DNA of 46,480 nucleotides from a candidate division WOR-3 bacterium. GTDB taxonomy: Bacteria; SDB-A. Position numbers and translations under genes: made by a program. Shown piece by piece: positions 1 to 9,150 of the stretch. Each line of letters opens with the position of its first letter. Positions within the stretch are counted from its first letter, which is position 1. Under the pieces are notes generated by a model, which searched no databases, had not been told where the DNA came from, and was given only the letters and a program-made list of their open reading frames with translations. Where the stretch lies: positions 1-46,480 of the forward strand of contig JAFGSQ010000042.1 in assembly GCA_016934535.1 (NCBI GenBank), read 5' to 3'.

Positions 1-870
1 ACTTTTCCCTTTCAGGGCGTATTCTATGTCGAGAACGCTTACGTGCTTCAGTTTTTTAAAAGCAGTCAGCATATCTCCTCTCAATGGAGGATGCGCAAGC
101 GAAGCAAAGACATTGAGAGGGATGGTGTAAACAAGTTTTTCGTAGGAAATTTCGCGTTTTTCAGTTTTAATTGTTTTATCTTTGTAAAATATCTTGACTA
201 TTTTTTCGCCTGAACAGGCAGAAAAGAGTTTTTCAGACAAAGTTGCGGGAAGTAATCCAATACCGCCTTCAGGGTAGAAAAATTCGCTGTTGTAGCCGAT
301 TCCGTTTTTTTCATTTTTGAAGATGAAAGGCCTCAGAACCTGGTCTTCTTCGACTTTTGGGACAAATCTTCCGGTCCAGTCCGGAGCCAGCATCGACAAA
401 TCAGTCGTCCATAGCTTGTGATTGTAAGGATTGAAAAAATACTCGCAGATCACGTCCCCGAAAAGACTTCTGAATAATTCATCTGTAGTCCTGTATTTCT
501 TTTTTTTCACTCTTTTGAGAAATGACGTCAATGCCTGATAGGCTTCCTTCGGTTCGAGATGAGCAAGATTGGCTTGAAAAGGATAAGGGATCATTCTTGA
601 AGAATGCAAAATAAATGCTTTTCTGTCATGTTTTAAAAGCTTTAAATTCAGACCTTCAACAAATTTTCGGACATCTTTTCTCGAAAAATGCAGTAGGTGA
701 CCCGTGTAGTCGAATATGTAATCTTTATATCTCTCGGATCTGCACAGCCCTCCGAAATTCATTTCTTTTTCGACGAGTATGTAAGGGATGTTTTTTTTCT
801 GTAAAAAAAACGCCGCCGTCAAACCCGAAAGTCCTCCTCCGGCTATTGCGACGTTTGTTTTTTCAGTCAA
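1..870 (-). CDS. FAD-dependent oxidoreductase, UDP-galactopyranose mutase/HemY-like family (3' end beyond window edge)
   Basis: Not in the ORF track. Manual translation from TTG at 870 (GGAGG upstream): MTEKTNVAIAGGGLSGLTAA (GxGxxG), GGLCRS, FDYTGHLLH, PYPFQAN, PYNHKLW, GYNSEFFYPEGGIG. No stop codon seen in the segments translated. Confidence 0.8.
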   Translation of the reverse strand, partial: MTEKTNVAIAGGGLSGLTAAFFLQKKNIPYILVEKEMNFGGLCRSERYKDYIFDYTGHLLHFSRKDVRKFVEGLNLKLLKHDRKAFILHSSRMIPYPFQANLAHLEPKEAYQALTSFLKRVKKKKYRTTDELFRSLFGDVICEYFFNPYNHKLWTTDLSMLAPDWTGRFVPKVEEDQVLRPFIFKNEKNGIGYNSEFFYPEGGIGLLPATLSEKLFSACSGEKIVKIFYKDKTIKTEKREISYEKLVYTIPLNVFASLAHPPLRGDMLTAFKKLKHVSVLDIEYALKGKS

Positions 871-871
871 T

Positions 872-1876
872 TCAGACCTCCGTTTTCAGAAGATAAATAC
901 CGAACACGACGCTCAATAAAATGAAAATCAGCGCCGCTGTGATCGAAACAGGAGGACTGACAAAAACAAGGCACAGGGAAACTGCCGCCGTGAGAATTGC
1001 TGCAAAAGAAACAAATACGAGGATTTTAGTGTCAGAAAAACCTTTCTTTCTCATTCTGAGCGCGAAATGATCGGGAGATCCAAGATAGAACGGTTTTTTT
1101 TTCGCAATCCTTATAAGGACTACGTAAGCGAGGTCGAAAAGCGGAACGAACAGAATGAACAATGGTGTAAAAATACCGGCGCTGTAATTATAACTGTAGC
1201 TTACTCTCATCGAAAGAGCTCCAATAATCAAACCAATGAGCATACTTCCCGCGTCACCGAGGAAAATGACAGCTTTTGGTTTGTTGTATCTTAAAAATCC
1301 CAAAAGAGCTCCGCATAATATGAGAGCCAAAGATGCCACCTGATAATCCGATTCTGCAAACGCAAAAAAGGCTATGAGCAAAGCTGCAAAAAAAGCGGTG
1401 AGAGAGCACATTCCGTCGAGTATATCTATTATATTATAGGCGTTCATGCAAGTGAGAAGCCAGAATACTGTCAAAGGAAAGTTTATCCACCAGGGCAAAC
1501 TGACAACTTCAATCATTATTCCGGATTTGACGACGGTCAAAGCGGCGAATATCTGTCCGGCAAGTTTTACCGAAGGCTTTAGCGCCTGCAGATCGTCGAG
1601 GATGCCGACGATTACAATTATGCTTGCGGCGAGCAATAATCCGAGAACCATGTTGTCAAAAAAGAGAAACGCCGAGGCAGATATCAGAATTGAAGCAAAA
1701 ATCGATATTCCACCGAGATACGGTGTCGGTATTCCGTGTTTTTTCAATTTTTCGTCTGGTTTGTCGACAATTCCGAAATACAAAGCTGCACGCCGGGCTA
1801 CAGGCGTCGTATACAGGCATAGAAAAACTGAAACCAAAAAGCTTGCGGCTAAAGTAATTTTCTCATTGAACAACAA
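872..1876 (-). CDS. WecA/TagO/MraY-family polyprenyl-phosphate HexNAc-1-phosphate transferase (GT4)
   Basis: Multi-TM protein with TPYLGG, GILDD, NAYNIIDILDG and FLGDAGS motifs. Confidence 0.9.
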   Translation of the reverse strand: MLFNEKITLAASFLVSVFLCLYTTPVARRAALYFGIVDKPDEKLKKHGIPTPYLGGISIFASILISASAFLFFDNMVLGLLLAASIIVIVGILDDLQALKPSVKLAGQIFAALTVVKSGIMIEVVSLPWWINFPLTVFWLLTCMNAYNIIDILDGMCSLTAFFAALLIAFFAFAESDYQVASLALILCGALLGFLRYNKPKAVIFLGDAGSMLIGLIIGALSMRVSYSYNYSAGIFTPLFILFVPLFDLAYVVLIRIAKKKPFYLGSPDHFALRMRKKGFSDTKILVFVSFAAILTAAVSLCLVFVSPPVSITAALIFILLSVVFGIYLLKTEV

Positions 1877-3929
1877 GCCTGAGTCTCCTCAATGAATCTT
1901 CCGCGCCGGGAGATAATTCTATTGCTTCAATCTGCCGGAAATATTCCGTCAGGCTTTCTCCCAATTTGTTACCTGCTAAAAAAGAAGCGTACGCCAGGAT
2001 GAAGTCCTCGCTTTCAAAATACAAAGGAATAATCCTTTTTACAAACGATTCAGCACTCTCCTTGTATCCCCTGTCGAAAAGCCTTTGAGCCACCGGTACG
2101 GCGTATCTGAAATCACTGACAAAATATGTGTCCTGAATGTTGGAACTATGTGAAAGTAAACTGTCTAAATTCCATAAAACAGCAGCATCATCTCCAACTA
2201 TATTCAGTCTGTATGCCATCTCGAAAACAGCAATGGATCGCGGTTCCAACTCAAATGCTTTTTTTATCAATTCGACCTTTTTGAATCCGTCTTTTTCATA
2301 TCGCGCGAGATTCAGCAAATTAAATGCATTGTTCGGTTCGAGTTTCGCGAGTTCTCCGGAAACAAAATATGATTGATCAAAATCTCCCGCCTTTTCAGAA
2401 ATGACAAGAGTTCTTTTCCACCTCCTGTAATCCCTTTCGAGCATCGAGGACCTGAGAGAATGTTTGAACGCTTTTTGAAGCCAAAGAGTGTTTTTTGATC
2501 TGATCCAGTAATATTCGTAAATATAGCTTTTCAGATAATCAATGTCGGGATTCAAAGGATCTATGTAAGACACGGCTGACAGGGCAACTTGGGCTGAAAT
2601 TACCCTGTCCGTGTTCCCTGATTCTATGTCACGGACTATTTTTGTGTATACTAGTTCCGATACAAAGGCTCCGAGAACCCACAATACATATAAAGTCAAA
2701 ATTGCCACTGTCCATCTTTTTATTTTCAATCCGGATTTTCCTGCCAGTTTGATTTCTTTTCTCGGCAGGGAAATACCTATCATAATTGCCCCAAGATATT
2801 CTCCCAAAGGCGGATAGAACACTGTGTCGAAGGCACATACGAGAAGAAACCAAAAAACTATGTAAGTTGAATATTCGGTTTTATTTTCTTTCAAAGGCGT
2901 TCTGAAAGAGCTTTTTGCGGCTCTGATGATAATGAGCGTCAGAAATATTGCCGCTGGTATTCCTGCTTCGACAGCTGTTTCGAGGAAGTTGTTGTGAGCG
3001 TATTCTGCGCATTTGCCGTATCTGAAAATCTGGAAGTTTTGCGGAAAATTTTTCAGAAGTGCTGCAAATTGAAAAGATCCCGGTCCAAACCCAAAAAAAG
3101 GTTTCATCGCTATAAGCTGAATGCTCTGTTTCCATATCAGAAGTCGTGTCATATGATAAGGATCTCCCCCGAGAATATCTCTTCCTCCGAATTTTTTTAA
3201 AACAATAAGAACGGCAATCACAAGGCCAATCCCGGCCATTATAATTCCCGTCCTTTTTAACCAGCTTCTACTCATAAAAGCCAGAGGAAACAATAAAAAA
3301 ACCACGACCCTTGATCCGGAAAGTACAAGTGCCGTCGATATCATAAAAACAGGCAAAAAGAGAACAAACAATTCATTTTTCGTTCGAAGATTTCTGTTTT
3401 TGAAGAAAAGATGTACAGAAGCTATAAGGCACGCTCCAAGAAAGTGAGAATAGAAATTTGAATAAGTACCGAAAGTTCCCGCCGCCCTCGAAGTCATACC
3501 CGTTGCGAACTGAATAATTCCCAAGGCTGCCTGCGCTGATCCGAAGACGGTCAAAAATATCTGAAACGCGCCGGTTTTCAGTTTATCTTTAAGGAATTGG
3601 TTGGCCAAAAATATCAACCCGAAAAAAGCCAACCATTCTCTCCATCTCTCGGCGCTTCCGTAAGGCGTGTCTGAAAGCCACGCCGATATCAGAGACCACA
3701 AAGCGAGAACGCCTAAAATCAGCATATACTTTGATCTGTACAGAACGAAATTTTTGTTTACGTAGTAGTAAACGTAGAATCCGAAAAGCGCCACGGAAGT
3801 TATTTCAAGAGTCAACGGACCGAACGCATGAACGCTTCCGTTGAAAACCGAGAGAATTATTAAAAAAAAGAAAACGACAGAGTTCAGAAGTATTTCAAAT
3901 TTCTTTTCTTTTTTTTCAATCAAAGCCAT
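1863..3929 (-). CDS. O-antigen ligase / O-oligosaccharyltransferase (Wzy_C) family membrane protein with TPR-like C-terminus
   Basis: Many TM segments, RAAGTFG..SN, SGSR, RLLIWKQS, GFGPGSF and YAHNNFLE..VEAG; helical TPR-like tail. Confidence 0.85.
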   Translation of the reverse strand: MALIEKKEKKFEILLNSVVFFFLIILSVFNGSVHAFGPLTLEITSVALFGFYVYYYVNKNFVLYRSKYMLILGVLALWSLISAWLSDTPYGSAERWREWLAFFGLIFLANQFLKDKLKTGAFQIFLTVFGSAQAALGIIQFATGMTSRAAGTFGTYSNFYSHFLGACLIASVHLFFKNRNLRTKNELFVLFLPVFMISTALVLSGSRVVVFLLFPLAFMSRSWLKRTGIIMAGIGLVIAVLIVLKKFGGRDILGGDPYHMTRLLIWKQSIQLIAMKPFFGFGPGSFQFAALLKNFPQNFQIFRYGKCAEYAHNNFLETAVEAGIPAAIFLTLIIIRAAKSSFRTPLKENKTEYSTYIVFWFLLVCAFDTVFYPPLGEYLGAIMIGISLPRKEIKLAGKSGLKIKRWTVAILTLYVLWVLGAFVSELVYTKIVRDIESGNTDRVISAQVALSAVSYIDPLNPDIDYLKSYIYEYYWIRSKNTLWLQKAFKHSLRSSMLERDYRRWKRTLVISEKAGDFDQSYFVSGELAKLEPNNAFNLLNLARYEKDGFKKVELIKKAFELEPRSIAVFEMAYRLNIVGDDAAVLWNLDSLLSHSSNIQDTYFVSDFRYAVPVAQRLFDRGYKESAESFVKRIIPLYFESEDFILAYASFLAGNKLGESLTEYFRQIEAIELSPGAEDSLRRLRLVVQ

Positions 3930-5232
3930 ATTTTTTCATCTTTCTGTAAAGCGTGGAAACGTCAATTCCGAGAACGCTTGCAGCTCTGTTCTTATTATCT
4001 TTGCACAATTTCAGCGTTTTTTGAATGGCTTCTCTCTCAATATCATCGAGAGAACCGAAACCGTAATTTTCCTTTCCAGCTTCCTCGCTGAAATCACCAA
4101 GGTTTATCGTCTCTCCGTCCGATAGAATGACTGCTTTTTCAATGAAGTTCTCAAGTTCCCTGATATTGCCTTTCCATGGTCTGGAAAGAAGGAATCTCTC
4201 GGATTCCGAAGAAAGTTTTCTTTTCAATCCGTGCTTTCTCGAGAAGTAACCGACAAAATATTCGGCAATCGGAATTATATCTTCTCTTCTCGACCTGAGC
4301 GGCGGGATTTCAACACTGACGACGTTGATCCTGTAGTAGAGATCTTCTCTGAATTTCTTGGCGTCCAGAAGCTTTTTCAAGTCTCTGTTTGTCGCCGCAA
4401 TAATTCTGACATCTATTTTCAGAGATGATGTGGATCCTATCGGATTTATTTCTTTCTCCTGAATGGCTCTGAGTACCTTGACTTGCGTTGAAACAGGAAT
4501 TTCTCCTATTTCATCCAGAAACAGCGTTCCTCCGTCGGCTATTTTGAATAAACCGTCCTTATCGGCGTGAGCACTTGTAAAAGATCCTTTTTTGTGCCCA
4601 AAAAGCTCGCTTTCAAGAAGAGTTTCCGGTATGGCGGCGCAATTGACGGTAACCATGGGTTTATTTCTTCGGACGCTCCATTGATGTATTAGTTTCGCTA
4701 TCATTTCCTTGCCCGTTCCTGTTTCACCGCTGAGTGTTATTGTTACGTCGGTGGGGGCGACCTTTTTTAGTTTTTCGATTATTGAAAATAGTCCGGAATC
4801 AAGCCCGATTATTTTTTTATTGCCGTCGAAAAAGAGATTTCTGAAATACTGCGCTTCTCTCTGAATGGAGTATTTTTCAATGGTTTTTCTCACTCTGGCT
4901 ATGAGTTCACTGACGTCAAAAGGTTTCATAAGATAATCGTCCGCTCCGAATCTTAGCGCCTGGACTGCCGATTCGATAGAGGCGTAAGCCGTAAGCAGAA
5001 TAAATCCGGTGTTCGGAGAATTCTTTTTAACCGTCTCAAGAACGTCTATTCCGCTTTTTTGAGGCATTTTTATATCGCTTATCACTATATCAAAATTCTC
5101 GTTTTCGATCATTGAAATTGCCGACGAGCCGGAATCGCACTCGACAGTCTGAAAACCTTCCTGTGACAAGGCCATTGAAATTACTTTAAGAAGACCTTTT
5201 TCGTCGTCTACAATGAGAATTTTCTTGTTCAA
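3916..5232 (-). CDS. pilR: Sigma54-dependent response regulator (receiver, AAA+, Fis HTH), PilR-like
   Basis: VDDE/SDIKMP/KPF receiver, GETGTGKE Walker A, ESELFGH, FLDEIGE, C-terminal STLYRK HTH; follows pilC and a sensor kinase. Confidence 0.8.
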   Translation of the reverse strand: MNKKILIVDDEKGLLKVISMALSQEGFQTVECDSGSSAISMIENENFDIVISDIKMPQKSGIDVLETVKKNSPNTGFILLTAYASIESAVQALRFGADDYLMKPFDVSELIARVRKTIEKYSIQREAQYFRNLFFDGNKKIIGLDSGLFSIIEKLKKVAPTDVTITLSGETGTGKEMIAKLIHQWSVRRNKPMVTVNCAAIPETLLESELFGHKKGSFTSAHADKDGLFKIADGGTLFLDEIGEIPVSTQVKVLRAIQEKEINPIGSTSSLKIDVRIIAATNRDLKKLLDAKKFREDLYYRINVVSVEIPPLRSRREDIIPIAEYFVGYFSRKHGLKRKLSSESERFLLSRPWKGNIRELENFIEKAVILSDGETINLGDFSEEAGKENYGFGSLDDIEREAIQKTLKLCKDNKNRAASVLGIDVSTLYRKMKKYGFD

Positions 5233-6809
5233 TGTCCCTGCCTCTCCTCATAACTGTCGAACATCAGAAAAAATTCAGAACCTTTTCCTTCTTCCGATTC
5301 TACTCTGACTTCCCATCCGTGCATAGCAGCTATCTTTTTTACTATCGAGAGTCCGAGCCCGTTTCCTTCGTCCGATTCAGTGAAGAAAGGATTAAAAATT
5401 TTTGACAACACCTGCGGTCTTATCCCGGTACCCCTGTCCTTAACTGAAAGAACGAGTTTTTCTCCTGCTTTTTTTACCCTAACTTCAATGCTTTTTTTCC
5501 CACTGTCCTTGACAGCTTTATACGCATTGCTCATCAAATTGAAAAGAACCTGTTTAAGCTGGTTTTTATCCGCGAAGACTCTGACGTCAGGGGGGCATAG
5601 CATCGTCTCTATTTCCAAATCTTCTTTCGCCATCGAAAAAGCCTTGACAGCGTCATTGACCACATCCCTGAGGCATACAGTTTTCTTTTTGGGATCAGGA
5701 AGCCTTGAAAATGAAAGAAAGTCTTCTATCAAATTGTTGATTCTGTCAATTTCGTTTTTCGCTATTCGTGCGACATCTTTTCCGCTGTTTTCGATGTTCT
5801 TGGAGAGTAAATCTATAGAAACCCTTATTGAAGCGAGAGGATTTCTCAATTCGTGGGCTATGTTCGCACTCATTTCCCCTATTAGCGCCATTTGATTTAT
5901 CTCGTTAAGCTTTTTGTCTTTTTCCAGGATGTCAGTAATGTCATGCAAGACCATTATTCTTCCAATTACTTTCTCTTTTTGATCTTTTACTTCGTTCAGA
6001 TCGCATTTCAAATTTCTTTTTTTCCCGTCGAGACCTATTAAATCAATTGAAACCGTTTTATCTTCGAACCATCGTTTCGCCTTTTCGGGAATTGTGTCGC
6101 CGGGAGCGAGCATTCCTATACCCGAGAACATAATAAATGAAGGATTCACGAAAACGGTTTCAAAAGAACTGTTGACAGTAAGCAATCCTTCCCTCATTGA
6201 CCTCAGTATGTCGTCCGTAGTGTGCCTGACGTATTCGAGTTGCCTGGTCTTGGCCGCCGATTTTTCTTCCATCCACACGGACATTGCTGTTATTATTGCC
6301 GAAGAAAGCAATGCGTATAATAGTTGCATGACATACACATTCGATTCAGTGTCTTTGGTCGATGTTTTCTGCAGAAAGCTTAGTTTTCCATCAATAAAGT
6401 AATAAACACCCCGACTCTGAAGCACCAAAATAACGACATAAAAAGCCATCGTTACAGCCAGGGACGTCCAAGCTGCCTTCGCGCCCTTTTTCATTGTGAA
6501 CACGAGTATAATAAGAAAATAAAGCATGTAGAGACTGCTGTCCGTGCCTCCGGACATGACAATGACGGCAGAAGCAGTGATGGCGTCAAGGACAATATTG
6601 AATAACCATACCTGACGGAGCTTTTTTGAAGCGTACAGCTCCGCGAGACTGTTGAAAGATGATATAAATGTTATGAAAGAAATATTTAACGGAGCGGAGC
6701 CGTCAAAAGGCAGAGACACAATCAGAGATATCAGGAAAAAAAAGAAAGGGCGATAGAAAGCTACCGCCTCTTCCCGCAAGCGAAATCTGGGAATTCCTGA
6801 GTTTTTCAA
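5229..6809 (-). CDS. pilS: Membrane sensor histidine kinase (TM bundle, PAS, HisKA, HATPase), PilS-like
   Basis: AHELRNPL H-box, NLMSNA N-box, DRGTG, GNGLGL; ATGA overlap with the regulator; pilC-pilS-pilR order. Confidence 0.75.
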   Translation of the reverse strand: MKNSGIPRFRLREEAVAFYRPFFFFLISLIVSLPFDGSAPLNISFITFISSFNSLAELYASKKLRQVWLFNIVLDAITASAVIVMSGGTDSSLYMLYFLIILVFTMKKGAKAAWTSLAVTMAFYVVILVLQSRGVYYFIDGKLSFLQKTSTKDTESNVYVMQLLYALLSSAIITAMSVWMEEKSAAKTRQLEYVRHTTDDILRSMREGLLTVNSSFETVFVNPSFIMFSGIGMLAPGDTIPEKAKRWFEDKTVSIDLIGLDGKKRNLKCDLNEVKDQKEKVIGRIMVLHDITDILEKDKKLNEINQMALIGEMSANIAHELRNPLASIRVSIDLLSKNIENSGKDVARIAKNEIDRINNLIEDFLSFSRLPDPKKKTVCLRDVVNDAVKAFSMAKEDLEIETMLCPPDVRVFADKNQLKQVLFNLMSNAYKAVKDSGKKSIEVRVKKAGEKLVLSVKDRGTGIRPQVLSKIFNPFFTESDEGNGLGLSIVKKIAAMHGWEVRVESEEGKGSEFFLMFDSYEERQGH

Positions 6810-6817
6810 GAAATTTA

Positions 6818-8041
6818 TTAGCCCGCGTGCTCCATGAAAGTCGACGCCATCGTGAAAATGGGCAGATACATAGCGACGACGAGACCTCCTATTACGACAC
6901 CGAGAACAATCATGATTATTGGCTCAAGAGCGGCCGTGAGGTTTTCCACTGCCTGATCAACTTCCTGGTCGTAGAAATCGGCGACTTTTGACAGCATAAC
7001 ATCCAACTGTCCGCTCTGTTCTCCTATTCTCACCATCTGAATAACCATCGGAGGGAATATTTTCTCTCTCGCGAGTGGTCCTGAAATGTCTTCTCCTTCG
7101 CTGATGGATGTTCTTGCGGCGTAAATAGCATTTTCTACAAGAGAATTCCCCGCTGTCTTGGCAGTTATTTCGAGCGAATCGAGAATAGCGACACCGCTTG
7201 ACAGAAGAGTCGAAAGAGTTCTCGAAAATCTCGCTATGGAAGATTTTCTGATAAGCGGTCCGAACACAGGGACAAGCAGCATTACTTTGTCTTTAATCAA
7301 CAATCCTTTCTTGGTTCTAACACCAAGTTTGTATCCGACTATAATACCGGCTATTACGATCAAAAACAGTACAAAATTTCCTCTCAGTACGTTTGAAATC
7401 ATCATTACTATCTGCGTCGGTAAAGGAAGATCCGCTCCAAGACCCTCGAACATAGACTTGAATGTCGGAAGAACGAACACGAGAATCGTCGCAACAGCTA
7501 AAATGGTCACTATTGTTATCATTGTCGGATAGATCATGGCGCCTCTGATTTTTGCCATCAATGCCGCGGATTTTTCCAGGTAAGTGGCAAGCCTTAAGAG
7601 GATGGTGTCGAGAGCACCGCCCTTTTCGCCGGCTTCGACCATGTTCACGTAAAGATCGGAAAAAAATCTTTTGTGCTTTCTCATAGCCTCGGCGAGAGTC
7701 GTTCCTCCTTCGACGTCCCCGGAAAGTTCTTTTAGCACCTTTTTGAAACCCGCGTTCTCTTCCTGTTCGTTTAATATCTCAAGACATCTCATCAAAGGAA
7801 GACCCGCATTTATCATGGTCGCAAATTGTCTCGTGAAAGCCGCCATTTCTTTGGTTCCGATACCAGTCGTAAGCTGGACTTCTTTCATCCTGTTGTAGAG
7901 AGTGTCTTTTCTCTTTATGGTGATCGGAGTTATTTTTTTCGATCTGAGCTGAATTTTGGCGTCCTGTATCGAGGAGGCAGTGAGTTCTCCAGACTCCTCA
8001 CTACCGTCGCTTCTAACACCTTTAAACACGAAGACAGCCAT
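6818..8041 (-). CDS. pilC: Type IV pilus inner-membrane platform protein PilC (GspF family)
   Basis: FTRQFATMINAGLPL, AGEKGGALD, AMIYP, GEQSGQLD, EPI..., AMYLPIF. Confidence 0.95.
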   Translation of the reverse strand: MAVFVFKGVRSDGSEESGELTASSIQDAKIQLRSKKITPITIKRKDTLYNRMKEVQLTTGIGTKEMAAFTRQFATMINAGLPLMRCLEILNEQEENAGFKKVLKELSGDVEGGTTLAEAMRKHKRFFSDLYVNMVEAGEKGGALDTILLRLATYLEKSAALMAKIRGAMIYPTMITIVTILAVATILVFVLPTFKSMFEGLGADLPLPTQIVMMISNVLRGNFVLFLIVIAGIIVGYKLGVRTKKGLLIKDKVMLLVPVFGPLIRKSSIARFSRTLSTLLSSGVAILDSLEITAKTAGNSLVENAIYAARTSISEGEDISGPLAREKIFPPMVIQMVRIGEQSGQLDVMLSKVADFYDQEVDQAVENLTAALEPIIMIVLGVVIGGLVVAMYLPIFTMASTFMEHAG

Positions 8042-8059
8042 GGAAACCTCCTGACTATT

Positions 8060-9139
8060 TTATTTCTTTGTTTTTCTGAAATCTTCCATCATTCTCTCGA
8101 GTTCCTCCGGATTCCTCGAGTTGGCAAAAGCCTGATCAAGATTAATATCCTTTTTCGACCAGCGGTCGAGAAGGCATTCGTTCATTGTCATCATTCCGAA
8201 TTTCTTTCCGGCCTGCATGAAATTGTAAATCTGATGGATTTTATCCTCTCTTATCAAAGCCGAGACCGCCGGCGTGATTACTAGTATTTCCATGGTCAGC
8301 GCTCTGCCTCCTTTGATTTTCGGGATCAAAGCTTGTGTAAGCACCGCTCTGAGAACAAAAGCGAGCTGGGACCTGACCTGAGACTGTCTGTTTGTCGGAA
8401 AAATATCTATAATTCTGTTAATGCTTTCTACCGCCGAATTCGTGTGAAGCGTACCGAAGGTCAAGTGTCCTGTTTCTGCTATAGTGAGTGCCGCTTCAGT
8501 TGTTTCGAGGTCTCTCATCTCGCCGACCATGACTACATCGGGGTCCTGTCTGAGGACGTATTTCAAAGCCGAAGTAAAGGATTTGGTGTCCGACCCGACC
8601 TGCCTTTGATTGACTATGCACGTTCTGTGCTGAAAAGTGTATTCGATAGGATCTTCGACGGTCACTATGTGTTTTTTCTTTTCCATGTTTATTTTATTTA
8701 TGAGAGCCGCTAGAGTTGTAGACTTGCCGCTACCCGTCGGACCGGTAACAAGGACGAGACCTTTTGCATAATTTGCCCATTCCGCAACTATCCTCGGCAG
8801 GCCGAGTTTGTCGAAAGACAGTATTTCGAAAGGGATTGTCCTTATGGCCATTGATACGTTGCCTCTCTGAAGGAATGCGTTGGCTCTGAATCTGCTTACT
8901 CCGGGTATTCCGAAACTCAGATCCAGTTCGTGTTCGTTTTCGAATTTCTTCTTCTGTTCGTCGTTGAGAATGGAATAAACAAGGGCTTGAGCGCTGTCAG
9001 GAGACAGTTTAGGATATTGTGAAGGCAGTATGTCGCCGTCTATCCTGAATACAGGAGGAGAGCCCACGGTCAAATGAAGGTCCGATGCTTTTCTTTCCAC
9101 CATTTCCCTGAGCAGATTTTCTATGCTTATAGTCGCCAT
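8060..9139 (-). CDS. pilT: Type IV pilus retraction ATPase PilT
   Basis: ASDLHL, GPTGSGKSTT, EDPIE, LRQDPDVVMVGEMRD, AETGHL..TLHT, AIRNLIRE-like AVSALIRE. Confidence 0.95.
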   Translation of the reverse strand: MATISIENLLREMVERKASDLHLTVGSPPVFRIDGDILPSQYPKLSPDSAQALVYSILNDEQKKKFENEHELDLSFGIPGVSRFRANAFLQRGNVSMAIRTIPFEILSFDKLGLPRIVAEWANYAKGLVLVTGPTGSGKSTTLAALINKINMEKKKHIVTVEDPIEYTFQHRTCIVNQRQVGSDTKSFTSALKYVLRQDPDVVMVGEMRDLETTEAALTIAETGHLTFGTLHTNSAVESINRIIDIFPTNRQSQVRSQLAFVLRAVLTQALIPKIKGGRALTMEILVITPAVSALIREDKIHQIYNFMQAGKKFGMMTMNECLLDRWSKKDINLDQAFANSRNPEELERMMEDFRKTKK

Positions 9140-9150
9140 GTTTCCTCCTG

